A stretch of DNA of 64,000 nucleotides, from positions 224,001-288,000 of the forward strand of contig CAXXVD010000001.1 of NCBI GenBank assembly GCA_963662335.2, written 5' to 3'. The notes beneath the pieces are model-generated. The model made no database searches. It worked only from the letters and a program-made list of their open reading frames with translations, and was not told the origin of the DNA. This DNA comes from Chloroflexota bacterium. Its GTDB lineage: Bacteria > Chloroflexota > UBA11872 > VXOZ01. Each line of letters starts with the position of its first letter. The first letter of the stretch is position 1. The translations under genes were made by a program, and so were the position numbers. Shown here one piece after another: positions 22,756-31,883 of this stretch.

Positions 22756-23112
22756 ACACCTGTATCCCCACACAGGCCGTATATTTCGAGTATAAGCGAA
22801 ACCGTTCAGCCAGTCAAGGTTGGAAAACTGACGGCCATAGGCAGGCGCATTCATAGTCAAGCTGGTACACAAACACACTTAAACCGAGTGACTCACACAC
22901 AGTCTCGACCGTCAATGCCTCTTTTGGGTCTATTCCGACTGTTCTACGGGGGCGCAAAAACTGCCGCGCCACGCGCCTGCGCCTCGACGGCGTCGGCTTG
23001 GCGCTTGCCCTACATTCCGTACCTGGAATATGATGCGCCCAAGCCTTGAGACGTCGAATGTCCGAACGAGGACGTGCGCCCGGATGAATTGTGAGAGGAT
23101 AGGGTCAGTCAA

Positions 23113-23448
23113 GTGTGTGGACGCAAACCGTTCAGTGACCTGACCAAAGACTTCACGCCGGCGCGCCGCCGGCGCATCGAGAACTTGAAGCGGCAATTGC
23201 TCGCGGAAATGCCGTTGCACGAGTTGCGCCGGGCGCGCGCGTTAACCCAGCGAGACCTCGCCGAGGCGCTGCGGGTGAATCAGCCCGCGATCTCCAAGCT
23301 GGAACAGCGGGCCGACGTGTACGTCTCCAGCCTGCGCTCGTACATCGAGGCGGCGGGCGGCAAACTGAAGATCGTCGCCGAGTTTCCCGAAGGCGAAGTG
23401 ACAATCACGAACTTCTCCGACGTGGGAGATGGGGAGCAAACCCCGTAG
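23113..23448 (+). CDS. XRE-family HTH protein (HigA-like antitoxin), no adjacent toxin seen
   Basis: LHELRRARALTQRDLAEALRVNQPAISKLEQRADVYVSSLRSYIEAAGGKL. Confidence 0.85.
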   Translation: MCGRKPFSDLTKDFTPARRRRIENLKRQLLAEMPLHELRRARALTQRDLAEALRVNQPAISKLEQRADVYVSSLRSYIEAAGGKLKIVAEFPEGEVTITNFSDVGDGEQTP

Positions 23449-23552
23449 CCCGCGCCATGCATGAAGCTTCGCGCACTGCCCCGGTCCGGGCCGCCATGCG
23501 GCAAACCGGTGGATACGCGCGGGGCATCGCGGTTTAGGACACCAAGAGAAAA

Positions 23553-24671
23553 ATGCGAACCGTGCGTGCAGCCGTCCTCCTGCTGCTGACCTTTGGCTTG
23601 CTGCTGACAAGCTGCCTGAGTCCCGCGGAAGAGCGTTCCGTCTTCAAGGCGGCGCTGCTGCTAACCGAGGTGCTGCCGCAGATACCCATCAAACCGCTCA
23701 ACGCCGCCGGCAATCCTATCCGCCAGGAGCGCACGTTCTACGACGGCACAGACGCAGCGCTGGTGGGCGACCTCTACCTGCCCGACGGCGAGGGCCCGTA
23801 CGGCGCAATCCTCATCTACCTGGGCATCGCCTCACCCGCGGACGATCCCTATGCCCAGGCGCTGGTGCGCGGCCTGGCGCGGCAAGGCATCGTGGTGCTC
23901 GTGCACCAATCGCGCCGCATGGAAGCCGGCATCATCGACCCTGCGGAGATCGAAGGCGTCGTGCAAGCGGTGCTCTACTTGCGCGCGCGGCCTGAGGTTG
24001 ACCGCGAGCGGATCGGTATTCTGGGGTTCTCCGTCGGCGCGGGCCTGGCGCTGCGGGCGGCGGCCGATCCCCGCGTCCGCGACCACGTGGCGTTCGTGCA
24101 CAGCTTTGGCGGCTACTATAACGCGGCGAACGTGCTCAGCGCGGTAACTACGCAGCAGGTGCTTGCCGGTGATAGGGCTGTGTCGTGGCAGCCTGACCCG
24201 CTGGCCGCGGACCTATTCCAACACGCCCTCTTGGCCACGGTAGAGAGTGATGCGGAACGGGCGCAGTTGCAGGCCGCCCTTGCCGGTGACGCCGAGCCGC
24301 CGGACATGCTCTCGCAGCGCGGACGCACCCTAATCGCTCTCTACGCAAACACAGACCCGCGCCGCACCCGGGAAATCCTCGCGGGCGACCCCACTCTGGT
24401 GGGTTGGCTGGAGGACATCTCGCCCGCCCCCGCCATGAAGGACGTGCGCGCGCGCCTCTACGTCGCCCACGACCACGCCGACGCCTTTCTGCCCTACAGC
24501 GAGTCGCTGCTCCTGGCAGAGGCCGCCCAAGAGCACACGACCGTGGTCTTCCAGTCGTTCGTGCTCTTTGCCCACCTCTATCCCACCAACGACGCCAACC
24601 GGCTCATCTTCCTGCGCGAAGTGTGGAATCTTTACTGGCACGTGGTGGCGGTGCTGGCGGAAGTGGCCTGA
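23553..24671 (+). CDS. Alpha/beta-hydrolase fold lipoprotein
   Basis: Lipobox LTSC; nucleophile elbow GFSVG; distal Asp and His candidates. Confidence 0.75.
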   Translation: MRTVRAAVLLLLTFGLLLTSCLSPAEERSVFKAALLLTEVLPQIPIKPLNAAGNPIRQERTFYDGTDAALVGDLYLPDGEGPYGAILIYLGIASPADDPYAQALVRGLARQGIVVLVHQSRRMEAGIIDPAEIEGVVQAVLYLRARPEVDRERIGILGFSVGAGLALRAAADPRVRDHVAFVHSFGGYYNAANVLSAVTTQQVLAGDRAVSWQPDPLAADLFQHALLATVESDAERAQLQAALAGDAEPPDMLSQRGRTLIALYANTDPRRTREILAGDPTLVGWLEDISPAPAMKDVRARLYVAHDHADAFLPYSESLLLAEAAQEHTTVVFQSFVLFAHLYPTNDANRLIFLREVWNLYWHVVAVLAEVA

Positions 24672-24692
24672 TTTGCCTGCCCGCCGGGCGGA

Positions 24693-24929
24693 CGCAGGTT
24701 GCAAACCTGCGCTACCGGAGAGGACGGCGTTCGCTCTTTCCAGATTGCTCCGCACTCCCGGCTAGCGTAGCGCGGGGGCTTGTCCCCCGCCTCTTGGATC
24801 CACCATGCCAGCCGTAGCGCGGGGGCTTGTCCTCCGCTGGCGTCGCGTTGCGTTGAACGGGCGTCGCATGAATGCCAGTATTCAGCCTGCCAAAAGGTGT
24901 AGGGGCACGACATGTCGTGCCCCTACACC
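24693..24929. repeat. Composite cluster of REP-like palindromes
   Basis: CGCAGGTTGCAAACCTGCGCTAC (24693-24715); GTAGCGCGGGGGCTTGTCCCCCGC (24767-24790 and variant 24814-24837); perfect 34-bp palindrome GGTGTAGGGGCACGACATGTCGTGCCCCTACACC (24896-24929). Confidence 0.85.
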
Positions 24930-24994
24930 CTCATGCCAGCGTCCTAGGAGTCATGGCAGTTCGCTGCCGCCGGGCGCGGCAGGTTCGCGTATTC

Positions 24995-26662
24995 CTACAT
25001 GCGTTCCGGCGCGGACATGCCCATCAAACTCAGGCAGCGCGCCAGCACGAGTTTGGCGGCTTGCGCCAACTCCAAGCGCGCGCGGGAAAGCGCCGCGTTC
25101 TCCGGGTCTATCACCCGGCAATCGCGGTAGAAGGCGTGGAAGAGCGCCGCCAACTCCTGCGCGTAGAACGCCAGCCGGTGGGGCGCATGTTGCAGCGCCA
25201 CGTCCTCGATGAGTTCAGGCAGGCGGATCATCAGCCGCAGCAGCGTCAGTTCCGCCGGATGCCGCAGGAGTTCCAAGTCGGCGGCGCCCGGCGCAATGCC
25301 CTCGCGCCCGGCGCGTTCCAGGATACTCGCCGTGCGCGCGTGGGCGTACTGGATGTAGTACACCGGGTTCTCGTCGGACTCCTGCTGCGCCAAGTCCAGG
25401 TCGAAACTCATCGCCGTATCGGGCGAGCGCGCCACCAGGAAGTAGCGGCTGGCGTCCACCCCGACCTCTTCCACCACCTCGCGCACGGTCACCACGTCGC
25501 CGGTGCGTTTGGACATGCGCACCTCTTCACCGCCCCGCAGCACGCGCACGAGTTGGTAGAGCAGAATCGTCAGCCGCTCCGGGTCGTGGCCGAGCGCCGC
25601 CAGCGAGGCTTTCACCCGCGGCACGTGGCCGTGGTGGTCCGCGCCCCAGACGTCGATGAGGCTGGTGAAGCCACGCTCCAGCTTGTAGGCATGGTACGCG
25701 ATGTCGGCGGCAAAGTAGGTCGGTTCGCCGTTGCTGCGCACGAGCACGTTGTCTTTGTCTTCCTCGACGTCCGTTGAAACGAACCAGGTCGCGCCCTCCC
25801 GCTCGGCCACCCGCCCGCGTTCGCGCAGGGTGTCGATGGCGGCCTGTACCCGGCCTTCATCCTCCAGCCACGCCTGCGAGAGCCACTCGTCGAACTCCAC
25901 GCCTAAAAGCGCGCAGTCCTCGCGGATGGAATCCAGCATCAGCGCCAGGCCGCGTTCGTGCAGCGCGTTCAGGGCCTCGTCCTCGGGGAGCCCCAGCAAG
26001 GCGTTTCCTTCTTCCTTGTCGATCTGCGCGGCAAGTTCCACCATGTACTCACCGGCGTAGCCGTCCGGCGGCACGTGGGCGTCGAGACCGTGCAACTGCT
26101 GGTAGCGCGCCAGCAGCGTGCGGGCAAAGGTGTCCATCTGGCTGCCCACGTCGTTGACGTAGTACTCCCGCTGCACGCGGTAATTCGCGGCCGCCAGCGC
26201 CCGCGCCAGGGTATCGCCCAGCACGATGTTGCGTCCGCTGCCGATGGTGAGCGGGCCGGTGGGGTTGGCGCTGCAGAATTCGATTTGCAAAGCCGCGCCG
26301 CCGCCCATGTCGCAGTTGCCGTAGGCGGCGCCCTGAGCGACGATCTCGCCCACCTGCCGCGCCAGCCACGTTTCGCTCAAGTGAAAGTTGATGAACCCCG
26401 GCGGCGCCACGCTCACCTCGGCCAGATAGTCACTCTCCGGCAGCGCCGCCGCGATCACCGCGGCAACCTGCATGGGCGGCATGCGCACGGCGCGCGAAAG
26501 CCGCAACGCCAGGTTGGAGGCGTAATCGGCCTTCTCCGGCGGGGCGTACTCCACCGTCACGTCGGTGTTCGCCAACGGCGGCAGTTTGTTCTGCTCTTGC
26601 GCAACGCTCAAGGCCTGCGCCAGAAGCCCGCGAATGTGCGCGCGCGCTGATTGTCTACTCAT
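24995..26662 (-). CDS. argS: Arginine--tRNA ligase (HIGH motif reads TIGS)
   Basis: ADYASN, PGFINF, EFCSANPTGPL, WGADHHG, MSKRTG, YYIQYAHAR, C-terminal APERM. Confidence 0.95.
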   Translation of the reverse strand: MSRQSARAHIRGLLAQALSVAQEQNKLPPLANTDVTVEYAPPEKADYASNLALRLSRAVRMPPMQVAAVIAAALPESDYLAEVSVAPPGFINFHLSETWLARQVGEIVAQGAAYGNCDMGGGAALQIEFCSANPTGPLTIGSGRNIVLGDTLARALAAANYRVQREYYVNDVGSQMDTFARTLLARYQQLHGLDAHVPPDGYAGEYMVELAAQIDKEEGNALLGLPEDEALNALHERGLALMLDSIREDCALLGVEFDEWLSQAWLEDEGRVQAAIDTLRERGRVAEREGATWFVSTDVEEDKDNVLVRSNGEPTYFAADIAYHAYKLERGFTSLIDVWGADHHGHVPRVKASLAALGHDPERLTILLYQLVRVLRGGEEVRMSKRTGDVVTVREVVEEVGVDASRYFLVARSPDTAMSFDLDLAQQESDENPVYYIQYAHARTASILERAGREGIAPGAADLELLRHPAELTLLRLMIRLPELIEDVALQHAPHRLAFYAQELAALFHAFYRDCRVIDPENAALSRARLELAQAAKLVLARCLSLMGMSAPERM

Positions 26663-26760
26663 ATTCCCAGTCCCACCCGGTTCCGCCCCGCATCGGCGAA
26701 GGGCTTACTCTACGGTTCCCCTGCTCTCGGCAGCCTAACTCCAACCCGCCCCCGCCATCC

Positions 26761-26823
26761 GTACGCGGGCTTCTCCCCCGCAATCGTCCCGCGTCTGTCG
26801 TAGCGCGGGGGCTTGTCCCCCGC
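26761..26823. repeat. GTAG-type REP-like element plus degenerate copy
   Basis: GTAGCGCGGGGGCTTGTCCCCCGC at 26800-26823; degenerate copy at 26761-26781. Confidence 0.8.
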
Positions 26824-27039
26824 CCCTTGGCGTCAACACAACCCCAAATAAAGATAGCGACCGCATCGTGGCCGCTATTCGTACTCTCTATACTACGTCC
26901 TCGCGCCGCCGTTTTCAAGCCATTGGCGTGTTTAGACAGGCTACAAACCCATCCGCGTGCCGCCACTCAATGCGTGGTATGCTAGTGCTACCGCTGCGGC
27001 GGTTAGGTCTCTGCGCCACCAATGAGAGAAGCAACTACC

Positions 27040-27879
27040 ATGATCGTAGACGTACACTCCCACTTATCGGATGCCGCGCTGCACCTCACCGACGAATTCA
27101 AGGCGGATCTCGGCAAGTCGTGGCAAGGGCTCACGATCGACGCGCCGCCCGCGGTCCACCGCCAAGCCGCGGACGCCGTGGACGCCATCATCGTCTTCCC
27201 ACTCTGGGCGCCGCACAGCGGCATCGTGGTGCCCAACGAGTACGTGGCCGACTACGTGCGCGGCGCCGGCGAAAACGTGATCGGCTTTGCCAGCGTGGAC
27301 GCCAACGACGCGGACGCTCCCGACCAACTGGAGCACGCGGTGAAGCAACTCGGGCTGCGCGGCCTCAAGATCGGCCCCATCTACCAGGGCTACGACCCCC
27401 TCTCCGACGGGGCGCTCGCCATGTTCGCCAAGGCCGAGGCGCTCGGCCTGCCCGTCATGTGGCACCATGGCACGACCTTCGTGCGCAAAGCGCCGCTAAT
27501 GTACGCACAGCCCTGGCAGGTGGATGAGGTGGCCATACGCTTTCCGGACCTCAAGATCATCGTGGCCCACATGGGGCATCCTGGCGTAGGCGAGACCGTC
27601 TCGGTGGTGCGCAAGCAGCCCAACGTCTACACCGACATCAGCGGCCTCTATCCCCGGCCCTGGCAGTACTACAACGCCCTGATCACCGCCATCGAGTACG
27701 GCGCGGCGCACAAGCTACTCTTTGGCACGGACTTCCCGCTCTTCTCCGCCGCCGACACCATAGCCGGCCTGCGCAACGTGAATGCCCTGGTGGCAGGCAC
27801 GTCGCTGCCGCGCGTGCCGGACAACGTGATCGAGGAGATCATCCACCGGGAGAGCTTGTCGTTGCTCGGGCTGGAGTAA
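27040..27879 (+). CDS. Amidohydrolase family protein (Amidohydro_2)
   Basis: DVHSH, GLKIGP, WHHG, AHMGHP, FGTDFP. Confidence 0.9.
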   Translation: MIVDVHSHLSDAALHLTDEFKADLGKSWQGLTIDAPPAVHRQAADAVDAIIVFPLWAPHSGIVVPNEYVADYVRGAGENVIGFASVDANDADAPDQLEHAVKQLGLRGLKIGPIYQGYDPLSDGALAMFAKAEALGLPVMWHHGTTFVRKAPLMYAQPWQVDEVAIRFPDLKIIVAHMGHPGVGETVSVVRKQPNVYTDISGLYPRPWQYYNALITAIEYGAAHKLLFGTDFPLFSAADTIAGLRNVNALVAGTSLPRVPDNVIEEIIHRESLSLLGLE

Positions 27880-27988
27880 TCCCGATTGTCGGCCGGGCTT
27901 TTCTGCCGAAGGTGGCCCGCCGAGACTCGTTCCTGCTGAAGCCACTCGCTCTGCCCGTTCCTGGTCGTTCGCGCTGAGCCGCACTTGG

Positions 27989-28089
27989 CCGTTCGTGCTG
28001 AGCCTGTCGAAGCATGAACGGCCAAGAGCGGCGGCGCTGCCCAGCAACCGTCCCCGCCGTTCACCCTTCGACACGCTCAGGGCGAACGG
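27989..28089. repeat. Inverted pair of REP-like elements (CTGAGCCTGTCGAAG family)
   Basis: CCGTTCGTGCTGAGCCTGTCGAAGCATGAACGG (from 27989) and inverted CCGTTCACCCTTCGACACGCTCAGGGCGAACGG (28057-28089); other copies at 16029-16059, 31789-31837 and 63439-63479. Confidence 0.8.
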
Positions 28090-28168
28090 CTCCGGTATCC
28101 CGCCCAAACGGCGACCTGCGCTACTGGCGCACGGCTTTCGCAGTCGGCGCGAAGGGCCTGCCTGCCGT

Positions 28169-28612
28169 TCACTCTTCCGAGGGTTTTTCAGCGTGCCCTG
28201 CCGGCTCCCGGCCAAAGAACCGCCCCATGACCCAGTCATTCACGCCCCAGGCGCGCAGGGCCGAGTAGAGCACCCAGAGGCTGAACACCCGCTGCAACGT
28301 GGCCTGCGAAAGCTGCTGCGCGACCGCAGCCGCCAGCAGTCCGGCCGCCACCGCGCCAATCGCGATCAAGAGCACCGGCTTCAGTTGCAGGTTCTTCATG
28401 CGGTAGTGGGTGATCGCGCCGGCGAGCGTGGTGGGAATCATCACCACCAGCGAAATGCCCTGGCCGATGTGCTGGCCGTAGCCCAGGATGAGCACCGCCG
28501 CCGGCACCATGATGATGCCGCCGCCCACGCCCATGGTGCCGCTGAGCAGACCCGCGCCAAAGCCGATGAGCAGGCTGAAGAGAAAGACGCCGAGTTCCGG
28601 CTCCAGGGTCAT
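28169..28612 (-). CDS. TauE/SafE (TSUP) family permease, half-size unit 2
   Basis: GLLSGTMGVGGGIIMVP, QHIGQGISL, about 4 TM helices. Confidence 0.85.
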   Translation of the reverse strand: MTLEPELGVFLFSLLIGFGAGLLSGTMGVGGGIIMVPAAVLILGYGQHIGQGISLVVMIPTTLAGAITHYRMKNLQLKPVLLIAIGAVAAGLLAAAVAQQLSQATLQRVFSLWVLYSALRAWGVNDWVMGRFFGREPAGHAEKPSEE

Positions 28613-29151
28613 TCCGCCGCCTCCTCAGCCGCCTCTTCTTCATTCGCCTCTTCTTCAGACGGCGCGCTCTCAACCAGGTCTTCGCGGTGGAATATCAGGC
28701 TCCACGCCGTCATGACCGCCAGGAGAACCAGACCGGCAATCAGGATCGCGTTGCCAAGCACCGGATGCTGCAACAACATGCGCAGGCCGACCGCCGTCAA
28801 CAAGATGGCAAAGAGGCGGCGCAACTGCTTTTGATTGATGCGGTGGGAGATGCGCACGCCAAGCGGCGCGGCAATGACGGCGCTAATCATGAAACCGGCG
28901 CCGGCGATGTACGCCGGCACGTCATTCCCAGGCGGCTCGTCGCGCGGCCACAGGGCGTAGACCAACGCCGCGGCAATAGCGGTGGGCACGATTGCGCCCA
29001 GGCTGACCGCATGGGCCTCGCGCTGCGAGAGGGCCAGATAGGCCGTAATCAAGGGCACGATGACGACGCCGCCGCCCACACCGGCAAGACCGGCCAGCGT
29101 GCCGCCGGCCACGCCGACGGCAACGTAGCGCCAAAGGGGAATTGCGTTCAT
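28609..29151 (-). CDS. TauE/SafE (TSUP) family permease, half-size unit 1
   Basis: GTLAGLAGVGGGVVIVP, QREAHAVSL; ATGA overlap with the next gene. Confidence 0.85.
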   Translation of the reverse strand: MNAIPLWRYVAVGVAGGTLAGLAGVGGGVVIVPLITAYLALSQREAHAVSLGAIVPTAIAAALVYALWPRDEPPGNDVPAYIAGAGFMISAVIAAPLGVRISHRINQKQLRRLFAILLTAVGLRMLLQHPVLGNAILIAGLVLLAVMTAWSLIFHREDLVESAPSEEEANEEEAAEEAAE

Positions 29152-29248
29152 GGCTTCCAAATGGTAGCACGGCGTCCCCGCGCCCACAACGCGGCCCAGA
29201 ACTACGGCGCACGTCTACTTTCCGGCGGACGAAAACCACACGGAGCCA

Positions 29249-29366
29249 TGTCATTCCGAGCGCAGCGAGGAATCTAGGGCGTCCATTCTGGATTCCGGCT
29301 TTCGCCGGAATGACGGAAGGCCAGACTCCGGCGTGTAGGGGCACGACATGTCGTGCCCCTACACGC
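29249..29366. repeat. Composite cluster of three palindromic families
   Basis: TGTCATTCCGAGCGCAGCGAGGAATCT (29249-29275); TGGATTCCGGCTTTCGCCGGAATGACGG (29289-29316); perfect 36-bp palindrome (29331-29366). Confidence 0.85.
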
Positions 29367-29386
29367 GGCGGAACGGTTGCCCGGAA

Positions 29387-30409
29387 TCAGGCGGGACAGA
29401 ACACGTCGCGCGGCACAATGCTCAGGCGCAAGTCGTGCGCGCCGTCGGCGCGGGCGCACTCGTAGTAGAAATAGAGGTTTTCACCTACCGGCAGCGCATC
29501 CACGTAGCGCACCGAACGCGAGCCGCCGCGCGACTGCACCACCGGCCCGTTAACACTCAAGCGGGTGAAGCGGCGCAGGTCCGCGGAAAGCGCCAGACCG
29601 CACTGCTCCTCGTAGTTCTCGGAAACGTCCGCCGAGCCGTCGTAGAACGCGAGCCATTGCTGGCCCACGCGCGCGAGGGAAGAGATGCGGCTGCAGTAGC
29701 TATCCCAGCCCCGCTCGCGGGGCGCGAACACGTCGCCCTGCCACTCCCAGTTGCGCCCGTCGCCGCTCACGGCCAGGCCCGTGCTCGACTTGGCGATGCC
29801 GGTGTTATAGACGTCGGCGGTGGCGTGCATGGCCTCGCGCGCGGGCGCGTCCGCCAGCGTGGGCGTAGGAGCGTAACTCACGAACATGTGCCACAGGCCG
29901 CCCACGTTGACGACGTACGGGTCTTTCACACCCTCGGCGTGGATGTCCGCCGCCGTCAATACCGGCCGCCGCGACGCGGGATCAAAGTCGGCCGGCGAGT
30001 CGGCTTCCAGCACGTCGATCCGCCAGCGGTTGTCCGCGCTATCCACAAACGAGACGTAGAGCAGAAAGCGCCCGTCCGCGTCCCGCACCAGGCTGCTCTT
30101 CTCCACGGAAGGAGAGCCGCCAAAGGCGTCTTTGGCAGCCGACCACACCGTCTCGAAGCGCTTCCCGTCCTCACTGCGCGCCACGTAGCACGCGAAGCCC
30201 CGATCCGGCTCCTTTCCGCGACTGGGCGCTGCGCCACGCGGACGCCGCCGCCGGTAGTAGAGGTAGAACGCCCCTTCATCGGGCAGGTAGAGCGCGCACG
30301 GCGCGCCGGCCCAATGCCCGTTGCCGGCCGCTAGCGGTTCGACCACAACGTGGGCCGCATCGGGGTCGAAAAGCGTAACCGGAAAGTGGTAGGTCTTGGC
30401 GTCGCGCAT
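29387..30409 (-). CDS. Five-bladed beta-propeller glycoside hydrolase-like protein (GH32/43/130-like)
   Basis: WAGAP, SxDG boxes (RSEDG, VSGDG, LSADL), GVKDPYV, RYVD. Confidence 0.65.
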   Translation of the reverse strand: MRDAKTYHFPVTLFDPDAAHVVVEPLAAGNGHWAGAPCALYLPDEGAFYLYYRRRRPRGAAPSRGKEPDRGFACYVARSEDGKRFETVWSAAKDAFGGSPSVEKSSLVRDADGRFLLYVSFVDSADNRWRIDVLEADSPADFDPASRRPVLTAADIHAEGVKDPYVVNVGGLWHMFVSYAPTPTLADAPAREAMHATADVYNTGIAKSSTGLAVSGDGRNWEWQGDVFAPRERGWDSYCSRISSLARVGQQWLAFYDGSADVSENYEEQCGLALSADLRRFTRLSVNGPVVQSRGGSRSVRYVDALPVGENLYFYYECARADGAHDLRLSIVPRDVFCPA

Positions 30410-30465
30410 CGTTGGCTTGACTTTCGCGAACCGGCACGCCGGATAGCGCGCCGGCCGGGGGAAGA

Positions 30466-31464
30466 CTAGGCGAAGATTTCCGCTTCGATCTCTGACGGCG
30501 CCACCGGCCGGCTCTCCGTCGTGGAGCGATTGAACGCAAGGGTGAACGCGAGGGTCTTGAGGGCATCGTCCAACGGCGACTGAATCAACAATTCGTCGTC
30601 TTCCGCAACCGCCGCCAGGAATGCCCGCGCCATCGCCACTTCGGCTGATGGTCCCGCGGCGGCATGGACTTCGGTCCCCTGCGGCGTTATCTGCTGCAAT
30701 TCTCCCCCTGAGAAGCGCAGCAGCATCTCCTCGCTCACCAGGTCCAGCCCCGAACTCTGCGGCAGGCCGAAGAAGAGCGCGTAGGTCGTGGCCACGCTGC
30801 CCACCGCGCCGCTCTTGTAAGCAAAGACGCCGGAATAGACGTCCCAGTTTTGGAACGACTCATCGTCCTTCCACGCGCTCCGCCCAAATTCCGCAAAGAC
30901 GTTGTCCACCTCGCCTCCCAGGAGCCGGCACAGGTCGAGCAAGTGCGTGGCCTGCTCGACGATCTGGCCGCCGCCCTGGGCGGAGTCGAGATTCCACGGC
31001 ACTTTCGGCACGCCCTGATACCACCAGATGCGTGCCAGGCCGAGTTCGCGCCCGGCCAGCAGTTCCCGCGCGCGGCTCGCTAAGCTGCCGTAGCGGTGCT
31101 GGTAGCCGACGGCGCAAAGCACCCGGCCCTGCGCCACCGCCATGCGAATGCGGCGGGCGTCGAGCACGCTGAGGGCGACCGGCTTCTCCACGAAGATCGC
31201 GGCTCGCTGCGCGGCGGCGTACTCCACCTGCTCGGCGTGTAGATTAGGCGGCGTGATTATGTAGACCGCGTCGGGCTGCTCGGCGTCGAGCATGTCGCGG
31301 TAGTCGGCGTAGGCCTGCGCGCCAAAGGGCGCGGCGGCCTCCTGGGCGCGGGCTTCGTCCACGTCGCAAATCGCCGCGACCTCCGCGTTCGCCACCTGCC
31401 CCAACGCGCGATAGTGCGCCTGCGCCCGCCGTCCCGCGCCTATCCCCGCCACCCGCAAGTCCAT
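30466..31464 (-). CDS. Gfo/Idh/MocA family oxidoreductase
   Basis: GIGAG, FVEKPV, GGGQIVEQATH. Confidence 0.88.
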   Translation of the reverse strand: MDLRVAGIGAGRRAQAHYRALGQVANAEVAAICDVDEARAQEAAAPFGAQAYADYRDMLDAEQPDAVYIITPPNLHAEQVEYAAAQRAAIFVEKPVALSVLDARRIRMAVAQGRVLCAVGYQHRYGSLASRARELLAGRELGLARIWWYQGVPKVPWNLDSAQGGGQIVEQATHLLDLCRLLGGEVDNVFAEFGRSAWKDDESFQNWDVYSGVFAYKSGAVGSVATTYALFFGLPQSSGLDLVSEEMLLRFSGGELQQITPQGTEVHAAAGPSAEVAMARAFLAAVAEDDELLIQSPLDDALKTLAFTLAFNRSTTESRPVAPSEIEAEIFA

Positions 31465-31503
31465 TATGTCACCTCGATCTCAATCTGATCGTGCCGCTCA
31501 ACC

Positions 31504-31837
31504 GTAGCGCGGGGGCTTGTCCCCCGCCGGAGCCATTGAAACTGATAAACAAAGGATTGACCTAACAATTTCGCAGGTTACAAACCTGCGCTACCGGGGA
31601 CTTTGGAGGCGAGTCTTGCCGCCGTTCTGTTTAATGCGACAGCATTAGGCCTTGTCCCCCGCTCCTTGCCGCGCCTACGTAGCGCGGGGGCTTGTCCCCC
31701 GCACTTGGCCGCTCCTACGTAGCACGAGTCTTGTCCCCCGTTTCCTTCCACCAACGCCCGGGCAAACTTGCTTCGCGTACAAGAAATGGACTGCTTCCGT
31801 TCGTGCTGAGCCTGTCGAAGTATGAACGGAAGCAGTC
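31504..31837. repeat. Composite REP-like cluster
   Basis: GTAG elements at 31504-31527 and 31679-31702, degenerate copy from 31719; CGCAGGTTACAAACCTGCGCTAC at 31572-31594; CTGAGCCTGTCGAAG element with extended arms at 31789-31837. Confidence 0.85.
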
Positions 31838-31883
31838 AATCTCCGCGCCGGAACAGCGCGAGTCTGCAACACGGGGCAAGCGC

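Noticed and set aside
22435-23049. ORFs overlapping tRNA-Glu (and 44254-44565 over tRNA-Gln)
   Set aside because: They overlap clear tRNA genes and have no protein motifs.
24632-24913. Short ORFs with recurring peptides such as AGDKPPRY, RGTSPRAT, LSLSK and WIPAFAGMT
   Set aside because: These are translations of intergenic REP-like palindromes, not a protein family.
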